In this document: positions 51,479-64,000 of the stretch, piece by piece | Position numbering within the stretch: the first letter of the stretch is position 1 | Layout of the letters: each line of letters opens with the position of its first letter | Source: Octopus vulgaris | Taxonomy: Eukaryota | NCBI GenBank assembly: GCA_951406725.2 | Contig: OX597814.1 | Span: 107,198,001 to 107,262,000 of the forward strand | Length of the DNA: 64,000 bases | Direction: 5' to 3' | Notes under the pieces: model-generated | Told to the model about the DNA's origin: nothing | What the model saw: the letters and a program-made list of their open reading frames with translations, nothing else | Database searches by the model: none | Translations under genes and position numbers: made by a program

Positions 51479-54400
51479 TTTTAATTCATTCCAGTAGATT
51501 TGAACATGAATAGGATAATCACAGTTATATATTCTAATTTTTGACAATTCTTAATAAAAAAAAAAGTAGTACCTGCATTTCCTACTAGGACAAGCAGGAA
51601 AGATCATGGTTGGAATGTCTTTATGACCTGGGACTGAATAATAATCATTGAAGAGTGAAAAAACAAAAAAACACCCACAAACTCAGCCTAAATTTTCAAA
51701 AATCAAAATAGGAAAATGCCAATGAGGTAATTATGGTTTAGAGGGTCAGTGAAGTGATTTTCCCTCAGGGACCACCAAAAGTGAACTCATTGTGCCCCAA
51801 GGGCTGCCAAGGTTAGTGAGCACACTCATTGTGCCCCACAGGCTACCAAAGTTAGTAAGCACATCCTGCCCCAGGGACCACTTTTTTCTTTTTGTATATT
51901 ATTGACTATTGGACAATAGCATCAAGATTGTTTTTAACCAAAGTCATTTTGCCTGTTTTAGATTTGTTGACTGAAGGATTATGATTTGTGACATGTGTCC
52001 TAATCTCTTAGAAATTTATTTATGGTTTATCTGATTTGTTAACTGGTTGATCCCCTTTACAGAAGGCTTATCTTACTTTCAGACCAAAATCTTTGTTCAA
52101 TGTAAACCGTTGCTCACACAGCATGCTTTTCTATCAATGGTTTATCATTGCTACAGGTGTGGCTGTAGTTGAGAAGCTTGCTTCCCAACCATCTGGTCTC
52201 AGGTTCAGTCCTGCTGCATGCTGCAACAAGTGTTTTCTTGGCATGACCAGTTCTTTGAGTAGATTTGGTAGACTGAAAGTGAAAGAAACCTGCTGCATAA
52301 AAAGATGTTTGGCAAAAATAGATGTTTGACAAATGCTACACAGAAAGAATCAGAAAGCAATGAGTTGTACTCAAGTTCAAAATGTGACACTTTTATTTAC
52401 AGTTTTTCAAAACAAAGCTTTGCAAACGTGTATTACAGGAATATTCACTGTGTGGGTAAACAATCAAAATTTAAACCTTCAGTCAGATGGAAATAATATA
52501 GCAAGACATGAATATATTAGACTGCAAATAAGGTGGCGAGCTGGCAGAATCGTTAGCACGCTGGGCGAAATGCTTAGCAGTATTTCGTCTGCTGCTACAT
52601 TCTGAGTTCAAATTCCACTGAGGTCAATTTTGCCCTTCATCTTTCGGGGTCGATTAAATAAGTACCAGTTATGCACTGGGGTTAATATAATTGACTTAAT
52701 CCGTTTCTCTGTCCTTGTTTGTCCTCTCTGTGTTTAACCCCTTGTGGGAAGTAAAGAAATAGGTATTTCATCTGTTGCTACGTTCGGAGTTCAAACTCCG
52801 CTGAGGTCGACTTTGCCCTTCATCCTTTCGGGGTCGATTAAATAAGTACTAGTTACGCAATGGGATTGATATAATCGACTTAATCCGTTTGTCTGTCATT
52901 GTTTGTCCCCTCTGTGTGTAGCCCCTTGTGGGCAATAAAGAAATATAAATGTATTCGATTGCATTTAGTAATTTTTACAGATTCTTTAGTTTGGTACTGG
53001 ATATTATTAACCCCATACTACAAAGCCAGACAACTAGTCTTGCTGAAGCAGTCAATTTCAGCAAACTTTGGTAAAATGATATAATAAGCTTCGTAATACT
53101 CTCTTTACTCTTTTAGTTGTTTGTCATTTGACTGGCCATGCTGGAGCACCACCTTTAGTCGAGCAAATCGATCCCAGGACTTATTCTTTGTAAGCCTAGT
53201 ACTTTTTCTATCGGTTTCTTTTGCCGAACTGCTAAATTATGGGGACGTAAACACACCAGCATCGGTTGTCAAGCGATGTTGGAGACAAACACAGACACAT
53301 ACACACACACACATATAGCTTAAAAAAGAAGACAAATGCCAAGTGAAAAAAGTGAGCATAATGATTTTGACTTGCTAAAAACAACTTAGCTCAGTAGTCA
53401 TGGTGACTAAGAAATTAAGCAAGTAATCTTCCAGCTTCTGGGTGAAGTTGACAGCATGATAAGCTTGAGAGTACATCGTTCAAAGTTCAATGTCTTCATG
53501 GTAACTAACTCAACTGTTTTTAATCACGTGGCCGATGCCATCGCCACCTTGACTGGCTTCTGTGCCGGTGGCATGTAAAAAGCACCAACCGATCGTGGCC
53601 ATTGCTAGCTTCCCCTGGCACATGAAAAGCATCCACTACACTCATGGAGTGGTTGGCGTTAGGAAGGGCACCCAGCTGTAGAAACACTGTCAGATCAGAC
53701 TGGAGCCTGGTCCAGCCTCTTGGCTTCCCAGACCCCGGTCGAACCGTCTAATCCGTGCTAGCATGGAAAGCGGACGTTAAACGATGATGATGATGATTTT
53801 CAACTTGGGCAGAAGTTGTTTAAATTTGCGCAACACCAACCTTAAGTGGTCAGCATTTGTCCCAAACAACTAACTCATGCTGCAGTCAAAAAAATAAATT
53901 TATGTCTTACTACAGGTTTGTGTGTGTGTTAGCATTTCTTTGTTTTGATATCACATGATGGTTGTATATGTGCATCACCATTGTAGAAGTGGTGGTGTTC
54001 ATTTCCCGTCTGTCCACAGGGAAACTGTTACCCTGCTTGGAAACAGGAGTCGGTTGGTGACAGGAAGGGCATCCAGAACTCTGCTTAACCAAATTCTGTT
54101 TCCAGCGCAAGCACGGGAAAATGGATATTAAATGATGATGATGATGATTCCATTTGCATAAGATATTATTGGCCTTGAAATTACAAAAAAAAAAGTATTT
54201 TGTGATGGTGGGGAAGGCATTTTATCTGTATTTTTGTTGTTTCTTATTGTTGTACAACCCCAGGTCATCCCTAAATCAACAGACTCGATGTTCCAGCCAT
54301 GACTGTCTCATATTAAAATTTTCTTTTCAAACGTGTTATTTAAAGGACTACATTATATACAACCTTTTTTATAAGGTAATGTACAATTTGAGGGAAGTTT

Positions 54401-55134
54401 GGCTGCTATTTCTAGCAGCTCAAGTGCCATTGTTGAATTGTTTTGTTTTTGTTTTTGTTGTTTATTTTGTGTGCCAGTACCATTCTTAGTCATCATGACT
54501 ATTGATTGCTTCCCATACAATTCAATATTTAATTTCTCTAAAACACAAACACACAATCTTCCATGTCCGCCAACACCTGTTCCAAGTTCTTGGCAACATA
54601 TTTTGTTTTCTCTGCTTACATAAAATTATTCCAGAATATTCCAGCTGTTTCACTGGGATTTAAAAAAAAAAAAAGAAAATTCAATCTAAACTTTTTTTTT
54701 TCTTTTCGTTAAAACATTTTGTTAATTGTCATACTTAACAGTTTCGTTGCTTTGTGATTTATTTATTTATCTCTTAATTTCATCAATTGTCTTGCTTAGA
54801 CATGAGAATCTGCAGAAGACCATACAGTTTCAACTGATAACAATTGCTTATTTGCTCGTTACAGCAGGAATATTTAAATTCTAATTTTTTTCATTAACAT
54901 TCTTAAAACTTGTTCGTGACTTGTCATATTGACGACTAACCATTTTAAATGTTATTAGATCAGTGCAGTCATTAAAAATAATTACATTCCTCGTTTATTA
55001 TTTAATGGAAGATTTTCTAAATTGTAAATCTAAATTCCTAATTGAGAATATTTATTATGGAATTTTTTTTAGATTCAATTATGTGCATGTGTGTGTTAAT
55101 TTTTATCCTGGTTGATAGGACAAAGCTGTGATTT

Positions 55135-55645
55135 GTATAGATACAAATTTATTACCAACTCAAATATGCCTGAGGTATATTCTGACCTGTAAGAAAGCTA
55201 TTTGCTATGTTTTGTCGTGGAGGAAATTTCTCCTGGTAGACAAGATAAGTTTAAAAAAACACCAAGTCAGTTCACAGCATCCCCTAACCAGACTGCTGGA
55301 TGAATGTATTTCAGAGTGGTTATCTCCTCCTCAGCACCAGAGACTGGAAAAGTAGACACTGCAAACTGACATGAGACAGGTCTCTCTTATGATATTCCTG
55401 TCTCTTGTGTTAGTTCACAGCAACTTCCTGTCTGGTATCTGTTGCTAAAGAGGAGATAACCACTCTGAAATGCATTTATCCAACAGACTGGTCCAGAAGG
55501 TACTGTAAGCTGGGCTCAGTGTATCTACACATCTTTGTCTACAGCAAGAAATATTCTCCATGACAAAATACAGCGAATGACTTTCTTACAGGTTCAAATA
55601 TGCCTCAAAACATATTTGAATTGGTAACAAGTCTGTATTCATGTA
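55135..55645. repeat. Large diverged fold-back element, about 245-bp arms
   Basis: Paired blocks: acctgtaagaaag/ctttcttacaggt, atttcagagtggttatctcctc/gaggagataaccactctgaaat, gagacagg/cctgtctc. Loop at about 55381-55396. Confidence 0.8.
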
Positions 55646-57506
55646 ATTTTTAATAACATTTTAACTCAGCTCCACAAGGCTTGGTTTTGTGGGCACATAG
55701 AGCACATCCATCTCATCAGATACCCCAGTGTTTTGAGAAAAATTCAAGATGGCTTCTGGGTGCTAGGCTTTTATAGGTCAGCTTGTGGTATTAATGCTAG
55801 AAAAGAGACGCTAGCTGTTTTGCTTATTTTCAAGTTCACATGTGTAGAAAGGATGTTGACAGGGTGCTGGTGTCACTTTGGTAGTAGGCTGCAGCATGGT
55901 GTCATCAGTGACATCAGTTCTTTGTATTGGGTTCAGATCATGGAAGGATGGGCAGCTTAGCAACAAGGCAGCGAGTTGGCAGAATCGTTAGCACACCAGG
56001 TAAAATGCTTAGCAGTATTTCATCAGTCTTCATGTTCTGAGTTCAAATTCCTACTAGGTCAACTTTGCTTTTCAGAAAGGGTCATTATTAAGGCAGCAAG
56101 CTGGCAGAATCGTTAGCATGCTGAATGAAATGCTTAACGGTATTTTGCTTGCTGCTATGTTCTGGGTTCAAATTCTGCAGAGGTCGACTTTGCCTTTCGT
56201 CCTTTCAGGGTCGATAAATTAAGTACCAGTGAAACACTGGGGTCAATGTAATCAATTAGTCCTCTCCCCACAAATTTTAGCCCTTGTGCCTATAATAGAA
56301 AGGATTGTTAGTGATAGCAGTTTTCACATGGGAGCAATAAAATTTGATGGTGTTGGGTAAGAACTGAGGCTAATTACCAACATGGGTCAGCTGTAGTCTA
56401 TATGGGCAGCAGGGCTTAAAAACCCTGGCTGTTTTATATGGTTTGTTAGCTGCCAGTGACTTGAAGTTTATTAACAGGAGTTCTTTTGGTGGTAACAATA
56501 AAATAGTTCATTCTTTTTTTTTATGGATACTTCAGGTTGGTTGAGCATGTGTAGTCCCTTGCAGAGGGGGTTGGCAACTATGAACGCCAGGTGAGTAAGG
56601 AAGGGGTCCTGTCAATGATACCCCATTTGATGTTGGGGAACTCATTTTCACCATTGAAATAACAATTTGAAGCCATTTTGAATTTCTCTCAAAACTCTGA
56701 CCCTGCTCCTAACACCTGATGAGAGGGACGTGTTTTATGTTCCCCAGCGTTGCCTTACTGGCACTTGTGCCCGTGCTAGTAGGGTGCCAAGAGCACCATC
56801 CGAGCGTGATCGTTGCCAGAGCAGGCAACTGATTCCATGCCGGTGGCGCGTAAAAGGGCACCATTCGAGCGTGATCGTTACCAACGTCGCCTTACTGGCA
56901 CCTGTGCCGGTGGCATGTGTAAAAAGATTTGAGCAAGGTCATTGCCAGTACCTCCTGACTGGCCCCCATGCCGGTGGAACGTAAAAAGCACCCACTACAC
57001 TCTCGGAGTGGTTGGTGTTAGGAAGGGCATCCAGCTGTAGAAACTCTGCCAGATCAAGATTGGAGCCTGGTGCAGCCATCTGGTTCGCCAGCCCTCAGTC
57101 AAAGTCGTCCAACCTATGCCAGCATGGAAAGCGGACATTAAACAATGATGATGATGGAACTTTACATGGAGCTGAGCCAAACTGTTAAGAAATATAATTC
57201 CTATCAAATATGTTGAGTACTACTTCTATTTTTTCACTTACTCATAAGGGCACTTGCACACACACACACAGGCACATGCTCACATGCACCTGTGTGAACA
57301 CACACACACATACATGTGTGTTTGTAGCTTTTGTCTTTTACTTGTTTTAATTCCTCACTCCTTCGTCTGTGGCGCTGCTGGGGCACCACCTTAAATTTTT
57401 AGTCAAAAGCCTTCATCAGGTGACCTGGGAGAATTTCGAGCCTGGGTTCTCATTCCTAAGGTATTTTTCTGATATTATTATTATTATTATTCAGGTCATA
57501 TTCAGT

Positions 57507-57778
57507 CCCACAGGTATGTGGCATAGTGGTTAAGAGTGCAGGCTACTAACCCTAAGATTCCAAGTTCAATTCCAGGCAGTGACCTGAATAATAAGAATAA
57601 TAATATCAGAAAAATACCTTAGGAATGAGAACCCATGTTCAAAATTCCCCCAAGACACCTGATGAAGGCTGGAGGGTATATCAGCCGAAATGTTGTGTTA
57701 ACAACAAACAAGATGAGGACAAATATCCGTCGAATGTAAATAATGTACATAATTCCTCATCTCTTAAATATAGAACTG
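57507..57778 (+). mobile_element. tRNA-headed short element carrying a minimal hammerhead ribozyme motif
   Basis: Head tggcatagtggttaagagtgcaggctactaaccctaagattccaagttcaattccagg (A/B-box-like), then an (AAT)n spacer, then GACAC-CTGATGA-A-GGCTG-gagggtatat-CAGCC-GAAA(T)GTT-GTGTT at 57654-57699. An inverted partial copy precedes it (57408-57498) and a tandem partial copy follows it (57779-57952). Confidence 0.75.
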
Positions 57779-58249
57779 GAATAATAATATCGGACCCCCC
57801 CCCCCAAAAAAAAAACCTTAGGAATGAGAACTCAGGTGTGGGTTCAAAATTCTATCAGGACACCTGATGAAGGCTGGAGGGTATATCAGCCAAAACGGCG
57901 TGTTAACAACAAACAAGATGAGGACAAATATCTGTCAAATGTAAATAATGTAAAATGGTTGACAGCCATTGCTAACAATGCTAAATTCTTCCATTCATTC
58001 ATAATTTCAAAATACAAATGAACGTTTTAGTCTTTCAGATCCAATCTTGATATTTTCTTTTGAAAATAGTCACAAACCACTTGAGGAGGAATAATTAATA
58101 TTACAACAGAATTTGGTTGCTTGAAACCTTTTCAATTCAGCAGCTGCCTTATCTTATTGTCTTGAAGTCCTGTCACTGATATCATGTGATGGTGTAGTAG
58201 TGGTAGTAGTAGTAGTAGTAGTAGTAGTCTTGATACAAGCTTTTTCCCA

Positions 58250-58579
58250 TTTAACCCTTTCAGATTTCTCTGTCAAATATAATGTTTATTTGTTCACATT
58301 GATTTGAGTCTTACAATACATTGCAGCTTTGAGATTTCAATGATGTGATTCTTTTACTCTTTTACTTGTTTCAGTCATTTGACTGTGGCCATGCTAGAGC
58401 ACTGCCTTTAGTCAAGCAAATCAATCCCAGGACCAGGGTCAATTAATTCAACTAAAAATTCTTTAAGGTGGTGCCCCAGCATGGCCACAGTTTTATGGTT
58501 GCCAAACCGCTAAGTTACAAGGACGTAAACACACCAGCAGTTATCTAGCAATGTTTGGGGGGGGGGGGGACAAACACAT

Positions 58580-58638
<59 letters not shown>

Positions 58639-58890
58639 TATATACAACAGGCTTCTTTCAGTTTCCATCTACCAAATCCATTCACAAGGCTTTGATTGGC
58701 CCGAGGCTATAGTAGAAGACACTTGCCCAAGGTACCACGCAGTGGGATTGAAACCAGAACCATGTGGTTTGTAAGCAAGCTACTTACCACACAGCCACTC
58801 CTACACTTGTTTATTTTTAGAATGGCATTGTAGGGTAAGTGGGAGAGGCCAGATCTGGCCAATTTGAAGATAAAACAGAATGTTTGGACT
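58250..58890 (+). mobile_element. Second piggyBac-like MITE family, split by a SINE at about 58350-58803; relatives at about 9888-10000 and 44130-44307
   Basis: Starts TTAACCCTTT. Shared internal blocks gctttgagattt..atgatgtgatt and ggccagatctgg. The 44130 copy ends gctaaaggaTTAA. Confidence 0.55.
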
Positions 58891-59340
58891 TGATTGATAT
58901 ATCTTTATCTTTTACTTGCTTCAACCATAAAACTGTGGCCATGCTGGGGCACCGCCTTAAAGAATTTTTAGTTGAATTAATTGACCCTGGTCCTTTTTAC
59001 TCCTTTTTTAAACCTAGAACTTATTTTATCACTCTCATTTGCTGAACTGCTCCAGTTTAAATACTAAAGAATTAAATGCCTTGTGGTATTTGTTCCAGCT
59101 CTGTATAATTTGAGTTCAAATCCCACAGAGACTATATTTACCTTTCATCTCTCTCGGGGTCAATAGAACAGTCACATGCTAGTGTTGGGCTAATTAACCT
59201 CCCCACCCACCCCCACTGAGTGTCCTGCTTCATACCTATAAGAGAAACGATTATTATTGATTATTGAACTCCTGCGCCCGGTCATTTTTTTTTTTTTTTG
59301 CCAAATAAACACATGCGCTATATATTCACTCTATAATTGC

Positions 59341-59663
59341 CCACAGGCATATAGTGTAATGGTTAAGAGCACAGGCTACTAACCCCAAGATTCCGAGTTC
59401 ACTTCCAAGCAGTGACCTGAATAATAATAATAATAATAATAGTAATAATAATAATAATAGTAATAATAATAATTATAATAATAATAATTATAACATCGAA
59501 AAATACCTTAGGGATGAGAACTCAAGTTCAAAATTTCCCCAAAGCACCTGATGAAGGTTGGAGGATATATCAGCCAAAACGTGCTAACAACAAACAAGAT
59601 GAGGACAAATATCTGTCAAATGTAAATAACGTAAATAATTCCTCATCTCAAAAATATAGAACA
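59341..59663 (+). mobile_element. Full-length, diverged tRNA-head/hammerhead element
   Basis: Same head, an expanded (AAT)n spacer, ctgatgaaggttggaggatatatcagccaaaacgtg, and the same tail ending tatagaac. Confidence 0.72.
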
Positions 59664-60069
59664 GCAATATTTGTTTTTTCACTTATTTATTACTTTTCTT
59701 ATTTTGACTCCTGTCCATTGTCCAAACAATGGACATCAGTTAGAACAAGAACAGTAATAAATGAGTGAAAAACAAATATACAATTCGTGTGTTCATTTGG
59801 CAAAAAGAAATGACCGTCCCAAAATACAAAATCTGTTTCACCACCTGACTTCACATCAGGAATCCTGCAACACAAATTTACACATATATATATATATATA
59901 GGCACAGGTATGGCTGTATGGCAAGAAGTTTCCTTCCCAACCACATGCTTCCAGGTTCAATCCTGCTGTGTGGCACCTTGGGCAAGTACCTTCTGTTATA
60001 ACCTGGGCTGACTAAAGCCTTTTCAGTGGAATTGGTAGATGGAAACTAGAAGAAGCCTGTCACATTTGG

Positions 60070-60111
<42 letters not shown>

Positions 60112-61460
60112 ATCATCATCATCATCATTTAGCGTTCGCTTTCCATGCTGGCATGGGTTGGACAGTTCAATTGGGGTCTTGGAAGCCAGAAGGCTGCACC
60201 AGGCCCAGTCTGATATGGCAATGTTACTAACGCCAACCACTCCATGAGTGTAGTGGGTGCTTTTTACGTGCCAGACGAGGCTGGCAAATGGCCACGATCG
60301 GATGGTGCTTTTTACGTGCCACTGGCACGGAGGCAGTCGGGGCGGCGCTGGCAATGGCCACGTTCGGATGCTACTCTTATGTGCCACTGGCACTGGTATC
60401 ACAGCTACGATTTCCATTGATGTTGATCGATTTTGATTTTGTTTTTCACTTGCCTCAACAGGTCTTCATAAGTAGAGTTTTGTGTCCCAAGAAGGAAAGG
60501 TATGCATAAGTAGACTGAGGCCACGGGTTATGGCCTCACTTGTCCTGCTGGGTCTTCTCACGCACAGCATACTTCAAAAGGTCTCGGTCTCTAGTCATTT
60601 CCTCGGTGAGACCTTAAGTTCGAAGGTCGTGCTTCACCACCTCGTCCCAGGTTTTCCTGGGTCTACCTCTTCCACAGGTTCCCTCAACCGCTAGGATGTG
60701 GCACTTTTTCACACAATTATCTTCATCCATTCTCACCACATGACCATACCAGCGCAAACGTCTCTCTTGCACACCACAACTGATGCTTCTTAGGTCCAAC
60801 TTTTCTCTCGAGGTACTTACACTCTGTCGAGTATGAACACTGACATTACACATCCATCGGAGCATACTGGCTTCATTTCTTGTGAGCTTACGCATATCCT
60901 CAGCAGTCACGGCCAATTTTTCACTGACATGTAGCATGGCTGTTCGTACACATGCATCATACAGTCTGCCTTTTACTCTGAGCGAGAGGCCTTTTGTCCC
61001 TAGCAGAGGTAAGAGCTCTCTGAACTTTGCCCAGGCTATTCTTACTCTAACAGTTACACTTTCAACACACCCGCCCCCGCTACTGACTTGGTCACCTAGG
61101 TAACTGAAGCTATCAACTATTTCTAGTTTTTCTCCCTGGAATGTGGCGGAAGTTGGTCTCTGCGCATTTTCAGTGTTTATTGCTCCTGAGCATCTGCCAC
61201 ATACAAAAACTATCTTCCCAGTTAGCCTTCCCTTGACGTTGCTGCACCTCTTATGTGTCCATAGCTTACACTCGGTGCATCTTATAGAGTTTCTACTTAC
61301 GCCTTTTCTACAGATCGAGCAGGGCCATCTACCTGAAGGCGTTTGTGACTTGTCCACCTCCCTACTTATTAGGACTTTGGTTTTAGCTAGCTTGACTCTA
61401 AGGCCCTCTGATTCTAATCCTTGCTTCCACACCTGGAACTTCTCCTACAGTTCTGATAGT
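60112..61460 (-). mobile_element. 5'-truncated RTE-clade LINE: RT C-terminal part, PHD-like finger, 3'UTR and (GAT)n tail
   Basis: ORF 60614-61432 has KTKVL, FSYLG, AWAKFREL, RRLRWYGHVVRM and GRGRPRKTW. A premature TAA at 60614 is followed by in-frame GLTEEMTRDRDL. The downstream UTR ends ...ccaacccatgccagcatggaaagcg..taaatgatgatgatg. Confidence 0.92.
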
Positions 61461-61463
61461 GAA

Positions 61464-64000
<2,537 letters not shown>

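Noticed and set aside
57520-57580. tRNA genes at SINE heads (also 4835-4896, 36320-36390, 37340-37410, 8396-8460)
   Set aside because: A/B boxes are present, but I could not form convincing cloverleafs. Each head continues into a repeated body, so they are SINE heads.

Overview
AT-rich, repeat-saturated animal genomic DNA with no prokaryotic features. The SINE and LINE-tail families and the dense (TA)n/(CA)n/(TAA)n microsatellites look like Octopus (coleoid cephalopod) DNA; this is inferred from recalled repeat families, not from a search. The only host coding sequence I can support is one 130-nt internal exon (48135-48264, +) of a VAT-1/VAT1L-like NADPH-dependent MDR/quinone oxidoreductase, so most of the window is probably that gene's long introns. 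The rest is layered mobile DNA: a full-length but frameshifted mariner (31425-32715); many 5'-truncated copies of an RTE LINE whose RT carries a PHD finger; R4/Dong-type and CR1-group LINE relics; a fragmented Helitron Rep; hAT and piggyBac MITEs with target-site duplications (TSDs); several tRNA-derived SINE families; long fold-back repeats; minisatellites; a 100-N gap; and a 2.5-kb TA/TAGA tract. The most interesting signal is a short non-coding element at five loci that joins a tRNA-like Pol III head to a minimal hammerhead ribozyme motif (CTGATGA...GAAACGTT) and inserts in Penelope-like inverted or tandem arrangements. It is a candidate Penelope-mobilised, ribozyme-bearing SINE. Nearly all long ORFs in the supplied track are artefacts of repeats.
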